Program-made: the position numbers and the translations under genes
Notes under the pieces: generated by a model
Databases searched by the model: none
Seen by the model: the letters and a program-made list of their open reading frames with translations, nothing else
What the model was told of the DNA's origin: nothing
Shown: positions 1 to 10,490 of the stretch, one piece after another
How the letters are laid out: every line of letters begins with the position of its first letter
How positions within the stretch are numbered: the first letter of the stretch is position 1
NCBI RefSeq assembly: GCF_024298765.1
Contig: NZ_CP101210.1
Length of the DNA stretch: 64,000 nt
Origin: Escherichia coli
Lineage (GTDB): Bacteria > Pseudomonadota > Gammaproteobacteria > Enterobacterales > Enterobacteriaceae
Strand: one strand, 5' to 3'

Positions 1-88
1 AGTTTTGGTACAACAAGTCTAGCCAGTTTACTAAAGTTCAACCTATGCCTCAGCTTAGTAATTCCACAAGGCTCATTGACGAAATAAT

Positions 89-1534
89 ATGTCAAATAGG
101 TGTGCTTCTATGAATGAGCCAGCTAATCGTACAGTAAATAATTTGAGAAAGAGCGGAGACCTGCAAGGGGCTTGGGAGTTTGGTTTTCAAGCGTTGCAGG
201 CAGCTCCCCAAGATACTTACTTGAAAGGTGCTTTATTTTGGGTGTGTTATGAGTTTCTTAAGCACCAGCTTGAAAATCTAAATAAGCGAGCGAGTTCTTC
301 AAACAACTATCGTCCTACTGATTTTGAATTTGAGCAAATAGAGAACTTGCTGCAAACCATAGTAAATTTAGATATTGCTACTGGCGGCCTAGAGTACAAA
401 ATGCTGCTGGTTCAGTTTAAGAAGAGTTTGGAATGGTTTCCAACCTTGATTCACCTTGTGCTTCGACATCAAACTGTACTATTTGATGATGAGGCTAAAA
501 CACCTTTTCAAGCTGAAAAAGGTGAAGTGCCAAGTTTGATGCTCTCAACAGCACGCCAAGTGGCGAGTGCATGGCTTAGAGCACGAGAGTATTGGCATCT
601 AGATCTTAACCAAGTGATGGCATTTATTAACCAAACACGCGAGCAAGCCTCTGACACTAAACATATGATGTGGCTTGATTACGACCAAGCGAAGTGCCTT
701 GTTGTTGCGGGCCAATACGATCAGGCTCGCGAACTCATTCTACCCATTTTAAGAAAGAAGCAAAAAGAGTCTTGGGCTTGGGGAGCGTTGGCTGCTACTT
801 ATTCAAAACAAGATCAGCGTTTAGCAATGAAGTTTTTTGCTAGGGGAATAGTATCCGCACATGACGTTACTTTTAGTTTACGTTTATTACAGGGAATTAT
901 TCCTTTATTACTTGCAAATCAACAGCAAGCTGAAGCCTCAATGTGCCTAAAAACGGCTATTGCGGCTTATCAAGCCCATGGGTGGAAGCTAAAGCAAGAG
1001 CTAGAACAGCTATCTATGCAGGCTTGGTATGATTCTGGTGTCGATGAGAAGCAACTGAGTCCTTTTTTAAACTCTATTTCTCACGACGCTTTAAATTACT
1101 TGCATGGGCCGATGGAGAAGGTTGTTGCTATCGTAGAGAATATCCATAAATCCGGTAAAGGCTTTCAAGTATTCGTAAATAAGTCGACATCACTATCAGT
1201 TCGCATGGGGGTTCATAAAGGTAAGCAGAAACCTCAGGCTGGTGACTATGTCGAGCTATCCGTAGCGAGTGTTGATGGAAACAAAGAAGTAGTAGCTTCC
1301 TCATCGTCCAAGCAAGTAGATATGGCTGATGTTTCGTATGTAGAGGGTACGCTTCGAATAGCACCCAAAGGCTTCGGATTTGTCGAGGATACTTTTGTTC
1401 CTCCCTTTGTTATAGGTAATTTAAAAAATGAAACAAAAGTCAGAGCACTCCGTATCATGAGTTGGGACAAATCTAAAGCTCGCCACAACTGGAAAGCGAT
1501 TAAGTTAACGGAACTAAATTTTAATGAAGACTAA
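89..1534 (+). CDS. hypothetical protein, 481 aa, with C-terminal cold-shock/OB-fold-like segment
   Basis: Long ORF with RBS-compatible context. C-terminal segment contains a KGFGFV motif resembling the cold-shock domain KGFGFI signature, preceded by a second beta-rich segment. No enzymatic motif recognised. Confidence 0.5.
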   Translation: MSNRCASMNEPANRTVNNLRKSGDLQGAWEFGFQALQAAPQDTYLKGALFWVCYEFLKHQLENLNKRASSSNNYRPTDFEFEQIENLLQTIVNLDIATGGLEYKMLLVQFKKSLEWFPTLIHLVLRHQTVLFDDEAKTPFQAEKGEVPSLMLSTARQVASAWLRAREYWHLDLNQVMAFINQTREQASDTKHMMWLDYDQAKCLVVAGQYDQARELILPILRKKQKESWAWGALAATYSKQDQRLAMKFFARGIVSAHDVTFSLRLLQGIIPLLLANQQQAEASMCLKTAIAAYQAHGWKLKQELEQLSMQAWYDSGVDEKQLSPFLNSISHDALNYLHGPMEKVVAIVENIHKSGKGFQVFVNKSTSLSVRMGVHKGKQKPQAGDYVELSVASVDGNKEVVASSSSKQVDMADVSYVEGTLRIAPKGFGFVEDTFVPPFVIGNLKNETKVRALRIMSWDKSKARHNWKAIKLTELNFNED

Positions 1535-1591
1535 GTCACTTTCCGGCGAAATCGAGTTAGGACAGGCTCAAGAATTAGCCGAGGTCGAATA

Positions 1592-1688
1592 ATGGCAACC
1601 CGAGTAGAAATGATTATCGAAACGCTCAAGGCGAACCCCGACAAGAAGTTTACTGCTCGGGACTTAGCCAAAGAATTTGTGCTTCGAT
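1592..1688 (+). pseudogene. 5' fragment of an ORF (MATRVEMIIETLKANPDKKFTARDLAKEFV...) truncated by the IS903 insertion
   Basis: ATG at 1592 preceded by GAGG, 58 bp after the stop of the 481-aa ORF. Reading frame runs directly into the IS903 left inverted repeat at 1689. No continuation recognisable after the IS. Confidence 0.4.
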
Positions 1689-2745
1689 GGCTTTGTTGAA
1701 TAAATCGAACTTTTGCTGAGTTGAAGGATCAGATCACGCATCTTCCCGACAACGCAGACCGTTCCGTGGCAAAGCAAAAGTTCAAAATCACCAACTGGCC
1801 CACCTACAATAAAGCCCTCATCAACCGTGGCTCCATAACTTTCTGGCTGGATGATGAAGCTATTCAGGCCTGGTATGAGTCAGCAACACCTTCTTCACGA
1901 GGCAGACCTCAGCGCTATTCTGACCTTGCCATCACGACTGTGCTGGTCATTAAACGCGTATTCAGGCTGACCCTGCGCGCTGCGCAGGGCTTTATTGATT
2001 CCATTTTTTCTCTGATGAACGTTCCGCTACGCTGCCCGGATTACAGCTGTGTCAGCAGGCGGGCAAAGTCGGTTAATGTCAGTTTCAAAACGCCCACCCG
2101 GGGTGAAATCGCACATCTGGTGATTGATTCCACCGGGCTGAAGGTCTTCGGTGAAGGCGAGTGGAAAGTCAAAAAGCATGGCCAGGAACGCCGCCGTATC
2201 TGGCGTAAGCTGCATCTCGCCGTTGACAGTAAAACACATGAAATCATCTGTGCAGACCTGTCGCTGAACAACGTTACGGACTCAGAGGCCTTCCCCGGGT
2301 TAATCCGGCAAACCCACCGGAAAATCAGGTCAGCCGCCGCCGATGGCGCTTACGATACCCGGCTATGTCACGATGAACTGCGGCGTAAGAAAATCAGCGC
2401 GCTTATCCCTCCCCGAAAAGGTGCGGGTTACTGGCCCGGTGAATATGCAGACCGTAACCGTGCAGTGGCTAATCAGCGAATGACCGGGAGTAATGCGCGG
2501 TGGAAATGGACAACAGATTACAACCGTCGCTCGATAGCGGAAACGGCGATGTACCGGGTAAAACAGCTGTTCGGGGGGGCACTGACGCTGCGTGACTACG
2601 ATGGTCAGGTTGCGGAGGCTATGGCCCTGGTACGAGCGCTGAACAAAATGACGAAAGCAGGTATACCTGAAAGCGTGCGTATTGCCTGAAAACACAACCC
2701 GCTACGGGGGAGACTTACCCGAAATCTGATTTATTCAACAAAGCC
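1689..2745 (+). mobile_element. IS903 (IS5 family), complete 1057-bp element
   Basis: Terminal inverted repeats GGCTTTGTTGAATAAATC at 1689 and its reverse complement ending at 2745. Internal transposase ORF. No 9-bp target duplication in flanks (TGCTTCGAT vs GTTGCCAAA), suggesting an adjacent deletion. Confidence 0.9.
1721..2689 (+). CDS. IS903 transposase
   Basis: Translation (MKDQITHLPDNADRSVAKQKFKITNWPTYNKALINRGS...) is the IS903/IS5-family DDE transposase as recalled. Confidence 0.9.
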   Translation: MKDQITHLPDNADRSVAKQKFKITNWPTYNKALINRGSITFWLDDEAIQAWYESATPSSRGRPQRYSDLAITTVLVIKRVFRLTLRAAQGFIDSIFSLMNVPLRCPDYSCVSRRAKSVNVSFKTPTRGEIAHLVIDSTGLKVFGEGEWKVKKHGQERRRIWRKLHLAVDSKTHEIICADLSLNNVTDSEAFPGLIRQTHRKIRSAAADGAYDTRLCHDELRRKKISALIPPRKGAGYWPGEYADRNRAVANQRMTGSNARWKWTTDYNRRSIAETAMYRVKQLFGGALTLRDYDGQVAEAMALVRALNKMTKAGIPESVRIA

Positions 2746-3282
2746 GTTGCCAAACCTGAAATAACACTTAGCTGTGATGATTCGCTATTACCTACCGATG
2801 GCTTCGGAAAACATAAATTAAAAATGCCCAGAGGAGTACTATTATCGTTAGCATTACCCGAACGCCGTATTAACGGTTATTTATTGGTAAGAGCTACGTT
2901 CCATGGCAAGAGTTCATCAACAGGTTGGAAGGCCATTCCGGCAAAACTCTCAGTATATGGCGCAGATACCATTCAGACAGCAGGTCCCGCTCAGCCCGTA
3001 CAGTAGAGCGCCGTTCACTACCGTAATCGCTACCGAAGAACACATTGATTGCCCCTCAATAATCCTGCTGTTAACATCAAAATTGTTGGTCGGGCTCGAT
3101 TTATTTAATTGTGTAAACAGGGTCTCTCAGAGAAAGGCCCTTATGCATCACCTGACGTTAAAAGTCACTACACCCAAGATGACGTTCAAAGTGTCATAGT
3201 CCCCTGCGCTGAGGACAAAGCCACACGTTAACGACAAATCCACGCGATAACTTACGATAGTTCGGACATAAGCCCCCATAAT

Positions 3283-3846
3283 TCAGTTATGTCGTGGTCG
3301 GCCGCGGTTACTTTTTTCGGGAAGCCTGCTACGGCCCAGAATAATACCGTGTTCTTTCTGATCTTGTTTAGCCAGATAGCTAAGGGCGTAACGTAAGTCG
3401 TCTACCGCAGACTTATCACTATAGTGAATCACGTGATCGATACGCACCGGGTATTTATCTTTAGCCCGGCACAGGTGAAAATAACCCTCCCCTTCCGTGA
3501 TCCGCCTCCAGATATCCCCCAGTTGCCTGGATATCTGATAAGAGTTCTTGTGACGTTGCCCATCCAGATAGCCGATAAAATGAATATGAAGCCCTTTGTC
3601 TGGTGTATATTCCATAACCCAGTAATATCCTGCCAACATCGTCTGGGTTTCGCTAAGTAAACGGTATATTTCCATACACATACTGTGCTTACAGGAATGC
3701 CCGAAACTGGGCGTGTCTTTCCTGTAGGCAAAATCAATTCTGAAAGGTAACAGTTTAGAAAAACGTTGAAACAATCCCTCCATGTGTTCATTCACATCTT
3801 TCAGAATCGCGAAATTCATTTCGTAATTGGGATTGGCATTATACAT
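3283..3846 (-). CDS. YagK/YfjJ-family (inovirus Gp2-like) prophage protein
   Basis: 187-aa ORF whose sequence resembles the YagK/YfjJ family found in CP4-type cryptic prophages. Sits in the same order as in CP4-57 (alpA, yfjI, yfjJ). Confidence 0.5.
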   Translation of the reverse strand: MYNANPNYEMNFAILKDVNEHMEGLFQRFSKLLPFRIDFAYRKDTPSFGHSCKHSMCMEIYRLLSETQTMLAGYYWVMEYTPDKGLHIHFIGYLDGQRHKNSYQISRQLGDIWRRITEGEGYFHLCRAKDKYPVRIDHVIHYSDKSAVDDLRYALSYLAKQDQKEHGIILGRSRLPEKSNRGRPRHN

Positions 3847-4735
3847 TTTATAGTCCTTACTTTATAAAATTCACAGGAAGAGGGAATTACGTAAATACTG
3901 AGAGTACATAAACGCCGTACCACGGCATTAATAAACGAGGTAACCAGCAGTACAGACAACCTGATAAAACTGTTTTGTATTACCGCATCGCTGTAACAAG
4001 GTAATACTTCAGAATTCAGTGAGGCTCTCTTAAACAGAGGACCAGTAATAATTACAATGGCAAAAACACACCTCAATATAATTGAATTTAAGAAAGCACC
4101 ATTCAATCACTTACAGGAAGTAATCTGATCTTCACAAAAGTCAGCTATCGAATAGCCACAGGCAACACCGCTATTGATACCCCACACACCATAAGAAGAT
4201 TATTCCATACAGAAAAAATTATATTTACCCATACTTATAAACTGTAACGGAGCTATGACGTACGAACTAAAGACACTACACTCTAATAGAGTTCTGGTAC
4301 CTAACCAGTGTTAAATACGAACCAGACATACATTCTATGGATTAATTTTCTCAATATTACGCTATGAGTGTAGTAACATAATTTACACCACATACACCAC
4401 CACACTGTAGTTAGTATATGGGGAGACATTACGATAAAAAGAGATAAGTTATACCACAGATACCACCACACAATACCATAACTCCCATTAATAATACTAA
4501 TTAACCTAAATTATTTATTGAATACGAAAACAATGAAGGTCCCACCTCACCTCAGACTAAAGCCGACAATATCCTGAGCAACACTCTATCCAATAGTAAA
4601 TAGTGGTTACACCAGTTATATTTACTGACTGACCTGTACCAGAGTTTTCTAATACAACAACGCTGACATGGTAAAGGCATTAGTCTCCTCCGCAAGTAGC
4701 AGAGGAGACTATATGTTACTCAACGATTAAGTCGT

Positions 4736-6187
4736 TCAGAGGTCAAAGTTAGGTGCGACACACAACGTTTTTCCCTCAATAACCGGTACAACTCTGTTTT
4801 GTTCATACAGTAAATCCAGTAACCAGTTGATTTTATCCTTTTTCCGGAAACGGTTCGGACCACGCTGTAAAATATCATTTTTTTTCATACAGGGGATCCC
4901 CTTCTCAATGCAATAGCTTTTTATCCAGTTGAAAAGTTCAAGCTCCTCTGGAATGAGTCGCACAGGTACGGTCAGGGCAGGGTTGTCAAAAGTTAACGGA
5001 TTAGACAACCGCACATACTCATTACCGTACCATATTGCTAATTCTCTCGCCATTTCTGCAGTGTAAGGGGAAATGTCCCCCTCTTCACCGCTCGAATGGT
5101 GAATAAGTCCTGCCAGTCTTGCCATATACTCTGCATTTTTAGCAGCATATTCCCGGCAATGTCTTAAAGGCCCCAATCCCCCCAGCTTCGATTCCACATC
5201 GTTGTAATAATCCGTCCAGATTCTGGCAGCCTGAGGAGAAAAGTGAAGGCAACGTCGTTCACCACTCATCGCCAGATTTTCATCAATAAGCTCATTGATC
5301 CTCTGTTCAAACAAATCCTGATACTGTGATGAATAATTATCTCCGGTTATTATCCTTGTCCCCTGCGTTGATGTTGGTTGACACATCAAAAACCTTGCAT
5401 GATGTCCTGACGTTTTCACAAGTTCTTTTTTTCGCGTACAAAAACCTTTCTGGTAAACATCAGGCTGAATCATCACCGATACCGTCAGTCTTGGATCCTT
5501 CAAAATAATTCCGGGAGATGATTTCCTGTCGATGAAAAGAGAACCACCATCCCACAAAGAGTTAAGTATTCCAAGTTTACTCATTGCCCGGCCATCAAAA
5601 ATTATTCCTCCTTCACTGGATACAAGAGCAAAAGAGCGATTGCTGTCGGAATAATATTTTAACATTCCCTCTATCGTTGTCTCATTGAAAATTGTCCGGC
5701 GTATCTGCGGCGGAACAGGACATTTATTCAGATGTCTTTTAAGCTCTGACTCTGTTGCCTTACAATCTTTACCGGCGCGAATTTCTTTATGCAATTTTGA
5801 CTCCAGTGCTTTTTGCTTTTGCTCCCATATTTCCTTTTCTGTACTGTAATTCTCAACCAGTTTCGCGTATTCTTCCGCCAGGGCTTCATCCCTGAGATAA
5901 AATGCTTTCATAAACACTTTATCCACGGTCGTTTTCCTTTCACCGGAATCAGCCAGAATCAGAGAGTAAAGATTAACAGGCCCACGTAAATTTCCAGGTC
6001 TGCACACGTCAATCTGATTCTGACAGGCACTTGAGAACGCTGTTAATGCGGATGTCGCCACCATAGCCAAAGGTGCCTGTGTATTTTTTTGAGTTTCAAT
6101 TATTGCATTTCTCACCAGCGGTGGTAGTGCATATACCGGATAAGGATTTTCTGGTGCAAGTAAGCACATAAAAGCCTCTCTTTTCAT
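4736..6187 (-). CDS. YfjI-like prophage protein
   Basis: 483-aa ORF immediately downstream of an AlpA-family gene in the canonical CP4-57-like order. Family assignment is by position and size recall only. Confidence 0.45.
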   Translation of the reverse strand: MKREAFMCLLAPENPYPVYALPPLVRNAIIETQKNTQAPLAMVATSALTAFSSACQNQIDVCRPGNLRGPVNLYSLILADSGERKTTVDKVFMKAFYLRDEALAEEYAKLVENYSTEKEIWEQKQKALESKLHKEIRAGKDCKATESELKRHLNKCPVPPQIRRTIFNETTIEGMLKYYSDSNRSFALVSSEGGIIFDGRAMSKLGILNSLWDGGSLFIDRKSSPGIILKDPRLTVSVMIQPDVYQKGFCTRKKELVKTSGHHARFLMCQPTSTQGTRIITGDNYSSQYQDLFEQRINELIDENLAMSGERRCLHFSPQAARIWTDYYNDVESKLGGLGPLRHCREYAAKNAEYMARLAGLIHHSSGEEGDISPYTAEMARELAIWYGNEYVRLSNPLTFDNPALTVPVRLIPEELELFNWIKSYCIEKGIPCMKKNDILQRGPNRFRKKDKINWLLDLLYEQNRVVPVIEGKTLCVAPNFDL

Positions 6188-6417
6188 TAATGGGTTAGTA
6201 AAGCAGCAGCAACTCCCGCTATAATAGCGAAATAGCTGCTGTTCAGACCTAATGTTCTGAGAAATACAGAATATCTGTAGATCTGATGTTTAATAAACCG
6301 ATAAGGTTAATTCAGTTCATACTGTGTTATTTACCACGAAATATCATTCATGTTTCTCATTCTTAACACCTCCTAAAATTATTTCACTAACACCTTCCCC
6401 CCGGTCTTTTTCCTTTC

Positions 6418-6645
6418 TCAGGAATCAGCCAGAACCATAGTGTAAATATTAACAGGCCCACGTAAATTTCCAGGTCTGCACACGTCAATCTGATTCTGAC
6501 AGGCAATTGACATCGCTGTTAATAATGATGTGGTAGTCATAGCCAGAGATGCTTTTTCATTGTGTTGAGTTTCAATTATTGCATTTCCAGTCATTGATGG
6601 TTGCGCATATACTGGATACGGAGTATCCGGTTTGATGTAAGACAT
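6418..6645 (-). pseudogene. truncated duplicate of the 5' end of the YfjI-like gene
   Basis: 75-aa ORF whose sequence (PYPVYA...NAIIETQ...ACQNQIDVCRPGNLRGPVN...LADS) parallels residues 14-82 of the 483-aa ORF. DNA 6400-6650 is about 80 percent identical to 5935-6190. Confidence 0.6.
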
Positions 6646-6750
6646 AAATATTTCCTTTTTTCGTAATAACTTTCGGTTATAGCAGCTATTTCCGCTACAA
6701 TAGCAACAATAGCTGCTATACAGACTGGATATACTGAAAATACAGACAGT

Positions 6751-6999
6751 TCATCTGGTCTGTATCCAGCAAAGAAGGTCACTTAACAACCATCCGCAAG
6801 ATTTCTTTCCGATAGACTTACGTGGTGGAAATTTTCCCTCCCGTTCAAGTTTCCACGCTTGTGTACGAGAAATTGACGTGATCTCATATCGTTCCTTTTC
6901 ACGTACCAGTCTGTCGCATTCAATCCCATAAGCTTTCAAAATGACCAGACGCTGTTCATCTGTTAATGGAAGCCACATACTACCCTCCTGATATATCAA
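6751..6999 (-). CDS. alpA: AlpA-family phage transcriptional regulator
   Basis: Small ORF with AlpA-like HTH segment (ITSISRTQAWKLEREGKFPPRKSIGKKSCGWLLSDLLCWIQTR). True start probably the internal Met (MWLPL). Confidence 0.6.
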   Translation of the reverse strand: MIYQEGSMWLPLTDEQRLVILKAYGIECDRLVREKERYEITSISRTQAWKLEREGKFPPRKSIGKKSCGWLLSDLLCWIQTR

Positions 7000-7669
7000 T
7001 ACTTTTTATTTCCGGCATGAGCATGAAATGACTAAGTTTCCCGGATAAACAATGAGTGAAAGTCACTATCATTCATCCAGTCAACGCCTTGCAAATAAAA
7101 TGTAATACTATGATTTTTATAGGTCAAAATACTAAATTACAATGTTAAAATGGCTTTTAACAGAAAAAATAAAGACATATGGAACCAAATAAAAACAAGC
7201 CACGACCAATAAAAACAAAAGATTAATATTAAAAATCCATTATGACGATTTTTGTTGACTAAAATTAGGTTGGGATATATAAATAAATCCATGTAAAATT
7301 CAAACAAGGCATAGAGGAGCCGCAGGAAGGTGAAATATTTCCATCTAATTTGTGATAATCATCACAAAAATAAGCTACAACAAGCGGAGGAAAAGACAAT
7401 CTGTTGCTGAACAGACAGAAGCAGGCTACGAATGATCGGAAAATGAAGCAAATACGCTTATACAGAAGACGCAGAGGTAACTGACGGAGACAATCACAAT
7501 CAGGAGAAAATTATCGTAAATAATGTATAAAATCTCAGGATATAAACAAATGTACACAAGCTATCCACGTAATCAGCGGCTGGCTCAGGATTGACGTTTC
7601 ATTTCAGTGGACAACATCGATTCTGTCTGACAGCGGACCAATATGTAGCAAGCAGAAACTTCTGACATC

Positions 7670-9307
7670 ATGGTAACTCGGACAATGCAACAAAAGTATC
7701 AGTATGATCGTGTTTTATCCGGCGAACTCCACCCATTCCCTGGCATATACGAGGCGGTTTCCGAACAAATCCTTTTGCTCATTTTTAAAGCACGTCAACT
7801 ATATCAGGATCCAGAATATCGCCCCTGGTTTGAAGAACAGCACAGAGTACTCTCTGCATTACGTGCCAATACAGAGCTCCTGAGAATCTTTAGAGAACAA
7901 AGAAGCGCTGAAGAACCAAAGCTTACTATTGAAGAGTCTACCTCCCCCCAACCCACTCCTTCTGCTCTTACAGATGCGCTTAATGTGATGTGCCATTTAT
8001 ACAATGGTTTTGATGAAGGAAATATCAGTCTGAAAACCTGGGGGGCGATGCAAGAGGTACAGACAACATCAACCTTTATCAGCCCAGGACCGAGAACCTG
8101 GAAAACACCTGAACTGGCAAAGTTTGTAGGAGATGATTTATTTAATATTCTGACTGAATGTAAGGCCTGGAGTTCACCAATTCCAGCAGAAACCCGACAG
8201 GGGTATTGCCATCAGGATCTGTCTGTTGCACACTCCTGCACCTCAGAGTTACTGGCACACCTGAATCAATATCATGAAATTGATGAATCAGCAATACTTG
8301 CCAGAGTTATTGGTATAACAGTTAACGGATTCTACAAGAAAAATAATACAGACCTTCCAGAATGGCTATCCCCCTTTAAAGAGGAACATAAAATATTCAA
8401 AGATTGTCCGGAGCAAAATACCGGGGATGTAATCAGACGGAAAGAACAACTGTTGAAAACAGGACGTACAGAATTCGTGAATAATTTGTGTCGGGTCGCC
8501 AACTGGTATGAAATTGAGTCAATATACGATGAATACGTCCGTCTTTATGCCAATGAAATCATTGACTGGTTCAACAAAACCATGAAGTATTTTAAACCAA
8601 CAGATTTTATCCGATATACATGGAAATTCGCAACAGTTACTCCGGATAAAGATACAGAAACCGGGCATACAACTGCATGGGAAAAGGATTATTGCCAGAT
8701 AACCATACAACGTGATGAACTTCTGAGGTTGATTCACACTAATACCCTTCAGGATGCTGTAATTTATCTTTGTCATTGTCTGCAGGAGAAATACAAGAAA
8801 TCATCCCAGAATGAGACAGAGTTTCCAGGAATAAAACCTCCGGCATCAGAGAGTGAAATTAATATAACAGATAATTTTGAATTTCATTCTCTTCTGGAGC
8901 TAAGTAAAGATAATGAGAAGCGGCTGGAAACATTTCAAAAATGGTATGAAAAAAATAAAGTTTTGTTAGAAAGTCATAAACAAAAACGAACAGAGAAGAT
9001 TGACGTTGCCGTACGACTTGTAGGGCTGAAAGCCTATGATCTGCATGAAGGGATTCCGGATAGTCCAAAACGAAAAGTTAAAGATGGCATAAATGAAGAC
9101 ATCAAAGCCGATACCAGTTTACGCCTGTCAAAGACAAATATAAGTGATACGTCGCTAAACCGTTATCGCCGCACTGTTAAGGAGATTATCAATAACGAAA
9201 TCGACGCATTCCTGTTGGAACAGAAGAAAAAAAATAAAAGATTTCCCTACAGTGAAGATAGAGATGTGATTCGCCCTTTATGGGGAAAATGCCTGACCGG
9301 GCAGTAG
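7670..9307 (+). CDS. hypothetical protein, 545 aa, AT-rich, no recognisable motif
   Basis: Long uninterrupted ORF in AT-rich DNA preceded by about 650 bp of AT-rich non-coding sequence. No Walker, HTH or catalytic motif recognised. Confidence 0.5.
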   Translation: MVTRTMQQKYQYDRVLSGELHPFPGIYEAVSEQILLLIFKARQLYQDPEYRPWFEEQHRVLSALRANTELLRIFREQRSAEEPKLTIEESTSPQPTPSALTDALNVMCHLYNGFDEGNISLKTWGAMQEVQTTSTFISPGPRTWKTPELAKFVGDDLFNILTECKAWSSPIPAETRQGYCHQDLSVAHSCTSELLAHLNQYHEIDESAILARVIGITVNGFYKKNNTDLPEWLSPFKEEHKIFKDCPEQNTGDVIRRKEQLLKTGRTEFVNNLCRVANWYEIESIYDEYVRLYANEIIDWFNKTMKYFKPTDFIRYTWKFATVTPDKDTETGHTTAWEKDYCQITIQRDELLRLIHTNTLQDAVIYLCHCLQEKYKKSSQNETEFPGIKPPASESEINITDNFEFHSLLELSKDNEKRLETFQKWYEKNKVLLESHKQKRTEKIDVAVRLVGLKAYDLHEGIPDSPKRKVKDGINEDIKADTSLRLSKTNISDTSLNRYRRTVKEIINNEIDAFLLEQKKKNKRFPYSEDRDVIRPLWGKCLTGQ

Positions 9308-9393
9308 ATCACAGATGGGATAACATCCCGGTTATCCCCTGTTTGTTCTGCTTCAGGTTGCCGGAGCTCCAGGAACACGAGGCAATCGGCAAA

Positions 9394-9990
9394 TTATGCG
9401 GCTTTTCCATTAACAGATTCGGCCACAAGAACAACACCGTGTTTGTTTCGATCAGGATGTTCACTCCAGATTTCTGATTCAGGAATACTTTCCCCATCAT
9501 AGCAGATCCGATCACCATCAAACGAATAATACCGTGCGGAATCTGTATCTAAGATAAACACCTTAAAATTCGTTGAACGACGCGCTATATGCTGCCAGAG
9601 GGCTTTACCTCCTTCATATTGCTCGTTATCACTTAATAGTATAACGCCTGCTTTTGTGGCTATTGTTTCATAAACAAACGTAGCAAGGCTAACATCACGT
9701 ACAGCGCCATCGACAACAATCCCTTCAATCTGAGCAACGTCCTGTTCTTCCCAGAATTTCCGGACAAACACCCCTTCAAGCTGTGAACGACGCTGAAGCT
9801 CCAGAGTGGCAACAACCTTATGGCGAATATCACCATCAATAACAGAAGGTGCAGCTTCGATTACCGCAGCGAACGGAGTCTTTGGATCCCAGATGATCTG
9901 GTAAAGCACACCCTGAATAGTTACTCCATCCAGTATCGAAAAACGACGAGCTACAGTAGCAGGGGAGTAAGACATTGGAATGACAGCCAT
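9394..9990 (-). CDS. hypothetical protein, 198 aa
   Basis: ORF convergent with the 545-aa gene, located between it and thrW where an island integrase would be expected. No family recognised. Confidence 0.45.
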   Translation of the reverse strand: MAVIPMSYSPATVARRFSILDGVTIQGVLYQIIWDPKTPFAAVIEAAPSVIDGDIRHKVVATLELQRRSQLEGVFVRKFWEEQDVAQIEGIVVDGAVRDVSLATFVYETIATKAGVILLSDNEQYEGGKALWQHIARRSTNFKVFILDTDSARYYSFDGDRICYDGESIPESEIWSEHPDRNKHGVVLVAESVNGKAA

Positions 9991-10300
9991 TTTATGGCCT
10001 AAAATTTGAAAACATCAGTATCAATACTGACCTCATCAGTCTGAGCATATATTGATAAAGTTTTTATGTTTACACTCAATAAATACCTTGCCAAACAACT
10101 AATAGCGATGTCTACATTGCCATTCGACATGCTTACAATTTTTGTCAACAAGAAAGTGAATTTATATCAACGGTAAGAAGTAAACACGAGGACACCAAAA
10201 CCAAATGTACACACTTTTGTGCTTTGTGTCCCCTGTGTGTACCCAAATGACAAACTGCAAGAAAATCTAGGCACACACTTATCTAACTTATTGATTTAAA

Positions 10301-10376
10301 TGGTGCCGATAATAGGAGTCGAACCTACGACCTTCGCATTACGAATGCGCTGCTCTACCAACTGAGCTATATCGGC
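10301..10376 (-). tRNA. thrW: tRNA-Thr (anticodon CGT)
   Basis: Reverse complement reads GCCGATATAGCTCAGTTGGTAGAGCAGCGCATTCGTAATGCG...TTCGACTCCTATTATCGGCACCA: cloverleaf with CGT anticodon and encoded CCA. Position next to proA matches thrW. Confidence 0.95.
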
Positions 10377-10490
10377 CCTGAAAGGACATGTTCACGAACG
10401 TGAATCACGGTGGACAAGGTTAAAACTAACCGGGCGATGCGTCAATGGCCTTGTGAATCAAATGGCTACTTTTGCATCACCCGGTTTTAT

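Noticed and set aside
2824-3199. Two short plus-strand ORFs immediately after IS903, as a possible continuation of the IS-truncated gene
   Set aside because: The frames and sequences do not continue the truncated ORF, and the translations are low complexity. Likely non-coding remnant.
9990-10300. Expected island integrase or att-site repeat adjacent to the thrW 3' end
   Set aside because: No integrase-like ORF is present between thrW and the first island genes. The other island end is outside the window, so an att direct repeat cannot be assessed.
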